Assembly (NCBI GenBank): GCA_038882655.1 | Contig: JAVZNT010000015.1 | Location: forward strand, 1-22,489 | DNA from: Candidatus Bathyarchaeia archaeon | GTDB lineage: Archaea; Thermoproteota; Bathyarchaeia; Bathyarchaeales; Bathycorpusculaceae | Direction: 5' to 3' | DNA: 22,489 bases | Part shown: piece after piece, positions 8,863-16,972 of the stretch | How the letters are laid out: every line of letters starts with the position of its first letter | How positions within the stretch are numbered: the stretch's first letter is position 1 | Made by a program: the position numbers and the translations under genes | The notes under the pieces: generated by a model | Told to the model about the DNA's origin: nothing | Seen by the model: the letters and a program-made list of their open reading frames with translations, nothing else | The model's database searches: none

Positions 8863-9655
8863 AATGGGAGTTGAAGATCTTCAAGATTTAAACATAGACG
8901 ACGTTATTTATGTCTGCTCTTCAAAGAGGTTCGGCGATCCTATTCATCAAGAGGGTGTTAGGCTTAAGAGGCTTTGGCTTAAGGAGATGCTTGACAATTA
9001 TGGTTCTTGTGCAAAAGTCGCCTACCACAATGGCAAACCAGCAGCCCAAATCTTATACTATCCAGAGGTGGCTGACAAAGCCAAGGCGTTTAGACGTGAA
9101 GGTGTCCTCGTTTTAAACTGCATTTATAATCCAACACCGGAGGCGCAGAAACTCGGGCTGGGTAAGATGTTGTTGCAAAGCGTGATTCAAGACGCTAGAC
9201 AGAGAAAATCATGTTTGGGCAATAAACCATGTAAATTCATTTTGGCAAATGCCTTCAACACAGGTGAGCTTCTCCCAATGCCTGACTTTTACAAGAAATA
9301 TGGTTTTATTTCCACGGGCGAAGGGAGCACAATGTATCTTCCAATAGAGGGCAAATACGAGCCCGTTCCCAAAGCGAAGTATGAACCGCTGGAAGAAGAT
9401 GCTGATAAAGCAGTAATATTTTATGGTCAAAAGTGTCAGTATTCTTATCCGTTTGCGAAAAAGATTGAAGCCATGATAAGGGAGACGCTGCCCAACATAA
9501 AAATAGAAATGATAAACGAGTGGGAAAAGCCGGAAGAATCGATAAAGCGGGGAAACTGGTGGCTTGTTGTGAACGCTAAGCCGATCCATACCTTCTTCAT
9601 GGATGCGGAAAGGTTTAAGGCTGAAATAAGACAAGCAGCATCTGGGATCTTTTAA
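8852..9655 (+). CDS. GNAT-family acetyltransferase, YoaP-like
   Basis: LKRLWLKE; QILYYPE; acetyl-CoA motif QKLGLGKMLL; FYKKYGF; C-terminal thioredoxin-like domain (IFYGQKCQY). Overlaps the upstream gene by 11 nt. Confidence 0.7.
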   Translation: MQNKMGVEDLQDLNIDDVIYVCSSKRFGDPIHQEGVRLKRLWLKEMLDNYGSCAKVAYHNGKPAAQILYYPEVADKAKAFRREGVLVLNCIYNPTPEAQKLGLGKMLLQSVIQDARQRKSCLGNKPCKFILANAFNTGELLPMPDFYKKYGFISTGEGSTMYLPIEGKYEPVPKAKYEPLEEDADKAVIFYGQKCQYSYPFAKKIEAMIRETLPNIKIEMINEWEKPEESIKRGNWWLVVNAKPIHTFFMDAERFKAEIRQAASGIF

Positions 9656-9682
9656 GTGAAAGGGTTTAATCCGAAATGGAAG

Positions 9683-9696
9683 GAAAAGTTTAAAAG
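9683..9696 (+). promoter_or_regulatory. Candidate BRE + TATA for an intergenic RNA
   Basis: GAAAAG-TTTAAAAG, predicting a start site at about 9718-9721, just before the long hairpin. Confidence 0.5.
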
Positions 9697-9718
9697 CAAC
9701 GTCAGAGATACGCATGAA

Positions 9719-9816
9719 GGATGTTGGAGAGAATGGTGGGGTTCTGATTTTCTCCCTTCTCTCCTTTCTCCCCTCTAAAAAGGCTCCACCATTCTCCCCA
9801 GAAATTAACATACTTT
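9719..9816 (+). ncRNA. Candidate small RNA: 20-bp hairpin with a CU-rich loop
   Basis: Arms 9724-9743 and 9782-9801 pair with 15 Watson-Crick pairs, 4 G-U pairs and 1 mismatch on the + strand. The 38-nt loop is mostly pyrimidine and a TATA box lies upstream. Ends are approximate. Confidence 0.45.
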
Positions 9817-9945
9817 AGCTTCTTATAGCTTGTGGAAGAATCTTCTATTTGCCACGCCAGCTACTCAAAGCCCGTTGAAAAGGGGCAAAATTTAAAGCTG
9901 ACGCCTTTTCAAATGAGAGTTTGCATGGTTGGATGGTGTCGTTGT

Positions 9946-10425
9946 ATGGCGAAAATCTTTATTGTTTATGACTCCAAAACCGGGAACACTGAGAAAATGG
10001 CTTTCGCTGTGGCTGATGGCGCAAGACAAGTGGAAGGCGTCGAGGTAACCGTTAAGAAAGTTGACCAGACAAGCCTTGAAGACTTGTTGACGGCAGATGG
10101 TATCATAATGGGCTCTCCAACATATTATGGGCAAATGTCCGCTAAGCTTAAGGCGTTAATAGATGAATCTGTGAAAATTCATGGGAAACTTGAAGGGAAG
10201 GCAGGTGCAGCCTTCACAAGTTCTGGCGGAACAGCCACCGGAGCGGAAACAACACTTTTGTCCATACTAAACGCCATGCTAATTCATGGAATGATAGTTC
10301 AAGGAAGAGCAGACGACAAACATTATGGTGCGGCTGCTGTGGAAAAACCCGACAAAAAAGAGCTTGAATATTGCCGCGAACTTGGAAAAAGAACCGCAAC
10401 TCTGGTCAAACGGCTGAAGACTTAA
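9946..10425 (+). CDS. Flavodoxin/WrbA-like NAD(P)H:quinone oxidoreductase
   Basis: FMN-binding loop IVYDSKTGNTEKMA, ADGIIMGSPTYYG and GKAGAAFTSSG. ATG at 9946 follows GGTG; the ORF-track extension from 9832 looks non-coding. Confidence 0.88.
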   Translation: MAKIFIVYDSKTGNTEKMAFAVADGARQVEGVEVTVKKVDQTSLEDLLTADGIIMGSPTYYGQMSAKLKALIDESVKIHGKLEGKAGAAFTSSGGTATGAETTLLSILNAMLIHGMIVQGRADDKHYGAAAVEKPDKKELEYCRELGKRTATLVKRLKT

Positions 10426-10442
10426 ATTTTGCCAGTATAAAA

Positions 10443-10536
10443 TGGTGGGCCCGGCCGGATTTGAACCGGCGACCAACAGGTCTCTCAGTCATCAGGTTAT
10501 GAGCCTGTCGCTCTAACCTAGCTGAGCTACGGGCCC
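10443..10536 (-). tRNA. tRNA-Ile2(CAU) with a 16-nt intron at 37/38 (10482-10497); CCA encoded
   Basis: GGGCCCG acceptor stem, GCUC/GAGC D-stem, ACAGG/CCUGU anticodon stem, CAU anticodon, GCCGG-UUCAAAU-CCGGC T arm and ACCA end. BHB central helix CUCA/UGAG. The GGGCCCG acceptor is typical of archaeal Ile tRNAs (agmatidine-modified C34), so the Ile rather than Met identity is inferred. Confidence 0.88.
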
Positions 10537-10642
10537 AACATTAAGCCTACTTAGTATTCGTTTAGGCCATTCGATTTAAGCATTTCCAGTTTATTGGTTT
10601 ATCAAAACAATTTTAAAGATGTTGTGCTGGTAATTTAGGATT

Positions 10643-10963
10643 ATGGATGAATTTGGCGTTAAGGCTCTAGAACTTAAAGTTTTCACGATGCCGACATGCT
10701 CAAGCTGCTCGGCAGCGAAACAAATAGCCTTTGAAGTGGCAAAAAAACTCGGCTTGGCATACCGGGAAGTTGATATGAACACGAGGGAGGGCCTAGCCGA
10801 GGGACTTGCCCACCAAATTATTAGCGCTCCGAGTATAACGTTAGGCGATGAAGTCATTGTGGTTGGGCATCTCATCTCCAAGGAGAAACTTGAGGAGGAA
10901 GTGCGGAGAAGACTTGAGAAGTGGCGTGCTAGAGCCTCTTTAGAAACTCCAAAAGAGAGATGA
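10643..10963 (+). CDS. Thioredoxin/glutaredoxin-family protein
   Basis: VFTMPTCSSC (CxxC) and ISAPSITLGD cis-Pro loop. Confidence 0.82.
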   Translation: MDEFGVKALELKVFTMPTCSSCSAAKQIAFEVAKKLGLAYREVDMNTREGLAEGLAHQIISAPSITLGDEVIVVGHLISKEKLEEEVRRRLEKWRARASLETPKER

Positions 10964-11331
10964 AAATCTTGGAGGATGTTAAAAAAGCAGTAGTCGTCTT
11001 CAACTATGCGGAGAAGATTAAGACAAACCTCATCATGGCTTCAAGTCTCCTAGAGTTTTTAGGCGGGATAAAAGAGGAAGCAGAAATGGCGGGCGCGGAA
11101 AAGCTTTTGGCGGCATACCTTAACGCCTTAATTGGCGAGGTTAACATTGCGGCTAATACGTCCCAAGTTGAGGGTTTTAGAGATATAACCTCAAAACTTC
11201 AAAAAGCTGTCGAACAAGTGAGACAGCACAACTACACCATTGTTCAAAGATTCATTTCAGAAGCTATATCTATGGCTACAACCCATGGAAATTGGGCTGT
11301 GCAAATCCTTAAAGAGAAAAACCTAATTTAG
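10960..11331 (+). CDS. Hypothetical all-helical protein, translationally coupled to the thioredoxin
   Basis: ATGA overlap with the upstream stop; 123 aa with amphipathic helical composition. Confidence 0.7.
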   Translation: MKILEDVKKAVVVFNYAEKIKTNLIMASSLLEFLGGIKEEAEMAGAEKLLAAYLNALIGEVNIAANTSQVEGFRDITSKLQKAVEQVRQHNYTIVQRFISEAISMATTHGNWAVQILKEKNLI

Positions 11332-12219
11332 CTAGCTTGTGGTTTGCCTCGCCGTCACCCTTTCAAAGTGGAATAGGTATTCTTGGGCATAACCAGCGTA
11401 GACGCCGAAATAACTCCGCCCAAAGGAGCTTAGCCTTTCATAATTCGCCCTTGTTAACGATTTTTCACGTGAAATTTTTCTGATAAACTCTTCTTCGAAG
11501 TAGTTTGCATAATGCCTTGCAATTGCCCGTTTCATCCAAACGTCCACTGGAAAAGCTTCCAGCTTTCCTAGGGAGAAAAGTGCCACGCAGTCTGCCACTT
11601 TCAAACCTACACCTTTCAAGGTCAGCAGATTTTCTCTCGCTCTTTCATAGCCTTCCTTTTTCAACTCTTCAATTTCAAGCTTGCCGCTGGCGACTCTTTT
11701 GGCGGCTTCATAAACGTATTTGGCTCTATAGCCTAAACCACACTCAGCTAATTGTTGCGGACTTGCTTTTACCAGTTTTTCGGCTGTGGGGAAAACGTAA
11801 AGAATGTAGCCTTCTAGCGCTGTTTTCTCTCCGAAACGCTTGGAAATGTTGTGGAGTATCCTTTTTATGGCCGGTATGTTTTTGTAGGTGGCACATATGT
11901 AGGAAATAAGGCACTCCCAAGGGTCTTGGCGTAGAATCCGCAAACCTTTAAGGGTTTTAACAGCTTCTTCAACATGCTTGTCCTTTGCTATTTCTGATAG
12001 GATTAATGGCAGGTCGTCGCCGAGCCCAAAATAGTTTTTGACAAGGCAAGAGTTGGCATTCTCAAATTCGAGCACATTGCTAATCTGCCTAATCTTTAGG
12101 GGCGTATCCTTAACTACGCCATACCACCATTTGCCAAATTTTTCCCATCTGAAGGCTTGACCACAACACAATGTTAAATCCAGGTTGAAAGGCTGCGAGG
12201 GCTCCAAAACAATCTTCAT
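11332..12219 (-). CDS. 8-oxoguanine DNA glycosylase/AP lyase (OGG1-type HhH-GPD)
   Basis: N-terminal TLCCGQAFRW, LRILRQDPWECLISYI, GLGYRAKY, HhH LKGVGLKVADC (catalytic Lys), FPVDVW (catalytic Asp) and YAGYAQEYLF. Confidence 0.9.
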   Translation of the reverse strand: MKIVLEPSQPFNLDLTLCCGQAFRWEKFGKWWYGVVKDTPLKIRQISNVLEFENANSCLVKNYFGLGDDLPLILSEIAKDKHVEEAVKTLKGLRILRQDPWECLISYICATYKNIPAIKRILHNISKRFGEKTALEGYILYVFPTAEKLVKASPQQLAECGLGYRAKYVYEAAKRVASGKLEIEELKKEGYERARENLLTLKGVGLKVADCVALFSLGKLEAFPVDVWMKRAIARHYANYFEEEFIRKISREKSLTRANYERLSSFGRSYFGVYAGYAQEYLFHFERVTARQTTS

Positions 12220-12243
12220 CCAACTTCACTTCTCATAAGCGCT

Positions 12244-14454
12244 TTACTCTTCGTCTATAAACATGTCTGGTGTTGGCTTCTCTTGAGGCAATCCTTTCCT
12301 TTCGCGTATCCAACTAATAACTTCTGAAGCTATGTTTTCCGGAACTTTCTCCCAATGGTCGAAGGTGCACTGCCAAAAGGCATGTCCAGAAGTAGCGGAA
12401 CGCATTTCAGCCGACAAGCCGAAAGTCTCAGCCACTGGAATATAGCCAGTAATCATTGTTAGAATGCCCCTCTGCTCCGAAGCCAGTATCCTCCCTCCTT
12501 TTCGTGTTATTATGCTTATGCAATCCCCGACCCATTGAGCTGGAACAGAAACCCCAATCTTATAAACGGGTTCAAGAAGCACCGGTTTAGCCGTCAAAAA
12601 AGACCCAAAAATTGCGCGGCGAATCGCCGGCAGAATCTGGGCTGGTCCGCGGTGAACCGGATCCTCGTGAAGCTGGGCGTCTATAAGCTTAACTTTCACT
12701 CCTCGGAAGGGCTCCTCGCACAGTGGTCCAGCCCTACAAGCCCACCTAAAACCAGCAATGATCATTTCCCTTGCTTCTCGCAAGTATTGGACACCCTTAG
12801 TCGCATCTACAAGTATGTTGCGGTGCTCATCTATAGCCAAAATGTTCCGCACTTCTTCAGCCGGCCATTCAGCCTCTTTGAAGAGAACATTGCCAATCTG
12901 TTTTTTCCCCATTTCTTCGGCGATTTCACTTGCTTCTACTAGGTTTATGATCTTCTCCTCTAACGGTTCGACTTGAACCCAGAATCTATTGTGCGTATTG
13001 GGGCTTTTAGCCATGGTTATTACACCTTTGCCAGCGACGCTTTCCCTATAAACCACTATTGGCGTGGAAGTTATGATTTCCAATCCGCCGCCATAATCCC
13101 GAAGGAATTTCACGGCAATTTCAAGGTGGAGTTCACCCATGCCGCTCAGCAAGTATTCGCCTGTCTCCTTGTTTATAATGGTTACAAGGTTTGGGTCTTC
13201 AATGGAAAGTCTGTTCATGGCGTCTACTAGACGTGGCAAATCTTGGGGGTGTTTTGGTTCAAGGGCTATTGTTATGACGGGTTCTGAAAGGTACCTTATC
13301 CGTTCAAAGGGAACCATCACGTCTTTGTGGGCTAAATCTACAAGGGTTTCTCCAGCCCTAGCCAAATCTAAGCCCAAAAGCGCCGCAATATTTCCAGCCG
13401 TTATCTTGTCAACAACTTCTCTGAAGGCACTCATATACATGGAAACCTGCTGGACGCGGTAATCTTTGCGTGCACCCACAAGGTAAACCTGGTCGCCTTC
13501 CTTAACAGAGCCTGAGAAAAGCCTTCCGGTCGCCACTAAACCCGCGTGGGGATCCATCTGTGCCATTGTTATACACATCACTGTTGGTCCGTTGTCGTCG
13601 CAGTTCAGCATGGCTTGCCCAATCTCAGATGCCAAGTCGCCTTTCCATATTCTCGGTAATCTATACTTTTGGGCTTCTATAGGGTTTGAAATGTTTTTCA
13701 CCACCATGTCTAGAATGGCGTTGTGAAGCGGAATCAACCGGGCAAGTTTTTGATGCTCGCCTCGAGTGTAAGCCTCTATTATGTCGCTGAATTTGACTCC
13801 TTTCTCTTGGGCGATTTTTAGGGTGAAGCCCCAACGGTGCAGCGCAGAACCAAAAGCCACAGTCTCCCTATGGGGGTCAACCTTCCACTTGTCCTTGAAT
13901 TCCTGCTCCCCATAAAGCTCTACTAAATTGTTGAAGTCTCTGATAATACGCATAAACTTGTCTTGGATCTCGCTTGGAGTAAGTCTCAACTCCTTTACTA
14001 ATCGGTCAACCTTATTAATGAATAAGACGGGGCGCACCCTTTCTTCTAGGGCTTGGCGAGTCACGGTTTCTGTTTGAACCATGACCTCCTCAACAGCGTC
14101 TACAACTACCACTGCGCCGTCAATAGCCCTCAAAGCCCTTGTAACCTTACCCGTAAAGTCCACATGCCCAGGCGTGTCAACCAAGTTTATGACGTAAGGG
14201 CGACCGCCAATCTCGTGTAAAAGTGAAATATTGGCAGTTTTAATTGTTATTCCGCGTTTCTGTTCCTCCTCTAAATAGTCCAGAGCTCGAGCCTCCCCGG
14301 CTATTCTAGGCGAAAGCAAACCAGCCTCAGCCAAAAGAGAATCAGTCATGGTTGTTTTTCCATGGTCTATGTGGGCTATTATGCCAATATTGCGAATATT
14401 CTCCTTCCTATGCATCAGCTTTAGAATTTCTGCGGTTTGCCTAAACTTTGGCAA
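12244..14454 (-). CDS. fusA: Translation elongation factor 2, copy with canonical switch I
   Basis: 736 aa; G1 AHIDHGKTT, G2 RGITI, G3 DTPGHVDF, G4 NKVD, GSA, GMGELHLE and diphthamide loop HEDPVHRGPAQ. GGTGA SD followed by TTG. Confidence 0.93.
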   Translation of the reverse strand: MPKFRQTAEILKLMHRKENIRNIGIIAHIDHGKTTMTDSLLAEAGLLSPRIAGEARALDYLEEEQKRGITIKTANISLLHEIGGRPYVINLVDTPGHVDFTGKVTRALRAIDGAVVVVDAVEEVMVQTETVTRQALEERVRPVLFINKVDRLVKELRLTPSEIQDKFMRIIRDFNNLVELYGEQEFKDKWKVDPHRETVAFGSALHRWGFTLKIAQEKGVKFSDIIEAYTRGEHQKLARLIPLHNAILDMVVKNISNPIEAQKYRLPRIWKGDLASEIGQAMLNCDDNGPTVMCITMAQMDPHAGLVATGRLFSGSVKEGDQVYLVGARKDYRVQQVSMYMSAFREVVDKITAGNIAALLGLDLARAGETLVDLAHKDVMVPFERIRYLSEPVITIALEPKHPQDLPRLVDAMNRLSIEDPNLVTIINKETGEYLLSGMGELHLEIAVKFLRDYGGGLEIITSTPIVVYRESVAGKGVITMAKSPNTHNRFWVQVEPLEEKIINLVEASEIAEEMGKKQIGNVLFKEAEWPAEEVRNILAIDEHRNILVDATKGVQYLREAREMIIAGFRWACRAGPLCEEPFRGVKVKLIDAQLHEDPVHRGPAQILPAIRRAIFGSFLTAKPVLLEPVYKIGVSVPAQWVGDCISIITRKGGRILASEQRGILTMITGYIPVAETFGLSAEMRSATSGHAFWQCTFDHWEKVPENIASEVISWIRERKGLPQEKPTPDMFIDEE

Positions 14455-14675
14455 GGGGGAGAATCACCAAGCACTGTTTTACGATACTTTATAAGTTAAG
14501 AGACAAGGTTTTGTGTAATCTTAAAAGTCTTGTGGATTACGTGCAAAAAGTTAATATGGTTCATTTTTCACTTCCATGTAGCCTAGCCTAGCAAGTGAAA
14601 CCATTATGCTTGCAAGGAAACAGCATAAAACTATTCGATCTTTAAACGTTTTGTTAGCGTGGGGTATGTTTAACC

Positions 14676-16895
14676 ATGGGTCGTTATAGGCAAATAGAGG
14701 ATATAGTTAAACTGATGAATAACACTGAAAGGATAAGGAACACAAGCATAATTGCTCATGTTGACCATGGCAAGACAACGCTTTCAGACAGCCTCTTGGC
14801 TGCTGCTGGCATAATCAGCGAGCAAGTGGCTGGACAGAAGCTTTTCCTAGACTCTTGGGAGCTTGAGCAGAAGAGACAGATGACGGTTTTCGCTTCCAAC
14901 ATTAGCTTAGTCCACACTTTCAACGGCGCGGACTACCTCATAAACCTCATAGACACGCCGGGACATATAGACTTTAGCGGAAACGTAACCAGAAGTTTAA
15001 GAGCTGTTGACGGCGCCTTGGTGGTGGTTGACGCTGTTGAAGGCCCCATGACCCAGACTGAAACCGTTTTGATGCAAGCCCTCCGCGAACGAGTAAAACC
15101 CATACTCTTCATTAATAAGGTTGACCGTTTAATCCGAGAGTTGAAGCTAACTCCAGAAGAGATGCAGAAGAAGTTTGCAAGAATAATCACGAGGATAAAC
15201 AGCATCATTGAGAAGTATGCGCCGCCAGAGCACAAGAAGGACTGGCAGGTTAAAGTCGAAGACGGACGTGTTGCTTTCGGCTCTGCCCTTCATAAATGGG
15301 GCTTAAACCTACCCCACATGAAGGCTAAAGGCATAACCTTCAAAGACATTATTGATGCTTACACCGGCGAGCCTGAAGAAATTAGGCAGAAGGTTGAAGC
15401 CCTAAGCAAACGCATACCCCTCTACGAGCCAGTTCTGGACATGTTCTGTGAGCATTTACCAAACCCGTTAGAGGCGCAGCATTATAGGCAGAGCCAAATC
15501 TGGCCGGGAGACCCAAACAGTCCCGTTGGCAAGGCTATGGCTAAGGTTGACCCAAATGGGCCGCTTCTGATGTGCATAACCTTTATTGAGGTTGACCCTC
15601 ACAGCGGTGTTGTAGCCATAGGCAGGGTTTTCAGCGGCACTGTTGAGAAGGGTAAAACTGTTCGCCTTGTGACAAGCCGCCAGAAGGGGAGCATACAGCA
15701 GGTTTACATGAGTATGGCAACGGACAGAGTCATAGTGGAAAAGATTCCGGCTGGGAACATTGCAGCACTTTCAGGCTTGCCATCTATCCACGTGGGCGAA
15801 ACAATAGCGGAGGAAGGCGTTGAAACAGCACCCTTCGAAGCCTTAAAGTATGTTTCAGACCCCGTTGTCACAGTAGCTGTTGAACCAGAAGATGTTAAAG
15901 ACCTGCCACTTTTCGATAAGGTTATTCATAAGCTAACCCTTGAAGACCCGAATCTCCACTTTAAGATAGACAAGGAAAGTGGGCAATACCTGCTCAGCGG
16001 TATGGGCGAACTCCACTTGGAGGTTACAGCCTACCGCATGCAGGAAGCCGGCTTAAAAGTTAGAATGAGCAAACCCATAGTGATTTACCGGGAAACAATA
16101 AGTCGCGACTACAAAGGACCAGCAGTGATGGGTAAGAGTCCCAACAAGCATAATAAGCTTTGGGTAACCGTTGAAAGACTGCAGTCAGAAGTTATAGAAG
16201 CTATTAAGACGGGAAAGATTAATGAAATGCAAACTCGTGATGAACGCCAGAAAATCCTGATGAAGGAGTTCAGCTGGTCCACCGAAGATGCGCGCAACGT
16301 AATTGCCATAGAAGGCACAAGCATCCTTGTCAACAGGATTAAGGGTAGGCAGTACGTGGAAGAAGTTTTGGACCATGTTAGGTCAGGCTTTAGAGACGCC
16401 GTTGCCACGGGTGTTTTGGCAAAGGAACCCATGTACGGGCTTAAAGTAAACCTTGAAGACATCCTCATTCACGAGGATCCGGTTCACCGCGGACCAGCCC
16501 AAATTTTACCCATGACTTGGCGTCCCATTTGGGGCTCCTTCCTCCTAAGCGAACCAAAACTTCTGGAGCCAATTCTAAGCTTTGAATGTAAGGTTCCCAA
16601 CGACTTTGTAAGTCCGGTCATTACGCTTTTGCAGAAGCGAAGAGGCAGAATCCTAGACATGGTTAACGAGGAAGACATGGTCATTGTGAAAGCGGAACTG
16701 CCGGTGGCGGAATCCTTCGGAATAGCCGACGAACTGCGCTCTTCAACACAGGGAAGAGCCTTCTGGGCAACCCAGTTCAGCCGTTGGGCACCGGTGCCAG
16801 AATCAATGCAAGCAGAAGTCATAAAACAGATACGCGAAAGAAAAGGCTTGCCACCAACACCACCGAGACCAGAAGAATTCTGCGAAGAAGAGTAA
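14676..16895 (+). CDS. Translation elongation factor 2 paralog with deviant switch I
   Basis: 739 aa; AHVDHGKTT, G2 altered to RQMTV, DTPGHIDF, NKVD, GMGELHLE and HEDPVHRGPAQ. Confidence 0.92.
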   Translation: MGRYRQIEDIVKLMNNTERIRNTSIIAHVDHGKTTLSDSLLAAAGIISEQVAGQKLFLDSWELEQKRQMTVFASNISLVHTFNGADYLINLIDTPGHIDFSGNVTRSLRAVDGALVVVDAVEGPMTQTETVLMQALRERVKPILFINKVDRLIRELKLTPEEMQKKFARIITRINSIIEKYAPPEHKKDWQVKVEDGRVAFGSALHKWGLNLPHMKAKGITFKDIIDAYTGEPEEIRQKVEALSKRIPLYEPVLDMFCEHLPNPLEAQHYRQSQIWPGDPNSPVGKAMAKVDPNGPLLMCITFIEVDPHSGVVAIGRVFSGTVEKGKTVRLVTSRQKGSIQQVYMSMATDRVIVEKIPAGNIAALSGLPSIHVGETIAEEGVETAPFEALKYVSDPVVTVAVEPEDVKDLPLFDKVIHKLTLEDPNLHFKIDKESGQYLLSGMGELHLEVTAYRMQEAGLKVRMSKPIVIYRETISRDYKGPAVMGKSPNKHNKLWVTVERLQSEVIEAIKTGKINEMQTRDERQKILMKEFSWSTEDARNVIAIEGTSILVNRIKGRQYVEEVLDHVRSGFRDAVATGVLAKEPMYGLKVNLEDILIHEDPVHRGPAQILPMTWRPIWGSFLLSEPKLLEPILSFECKVPNDFVSPVITLLQKRRGRILDMVNEEDMVIVKAELPVAESFGIADELRSSTQGRAFWATQFSRWAPVPESMQAEVIKQIRERKGLPPTPPRPEEFCEEE

Positions 16896-16902
16896 CGCTG
16901 CT

Positions 16903-16928
16903 ATTCTTCTTCTCTTTTCTAACTTTTC
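16903..16928 (+). terminator. Pyrimidine/T-rich putative archaeal terminator
   Basis: ATTCTTCTTCTCTTTTCTAACTTTTC immediately after the EF-2 paralog stop. Confidence 0.4.
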
Positions 16929-16972
16929 AGCATAGTCTTTTAAGCACTAAACTTAACATTTTAAGGGTGAAA

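Noticed and set aside
9209-9811. 200-aa minus-strand ORF
   Set aside because: Antisense shadow of the GNAT gene and the hairpin; no protein-like motifs.
9719-9816. Hairpin as a C/D or H/ACA guide RNA
   Set aside because: One CUGA and a late ACA are present, but there is no proper box C (RUGAUGA), K-turn or pseudouridylation pocket.
9714-9818. 34-codon + strand ORF (MKDVGENGGVLIFSLLSFLPSKKAPPFSPEINIL) over the hairpin
   Set aside because: The ATG is slightly too close to the TATA box, there is no SD, and the sequence is better explained by RNA pairing. Not fully excluded.
10279-10476. 65-aa ORF starting MVAGSNPAGPT
   Set aside because: Translation of the tRNA T-arm running antisense into the flavodoxin gene.
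16784-16972. N-terminal extension of the kinase ORF (similar extensions at 9832-9945 and 18042-18092)
   Set aside because: They overlap EF-2, terminator or promoter sequence; internal ATGs with GGTG(A) SD fit better.
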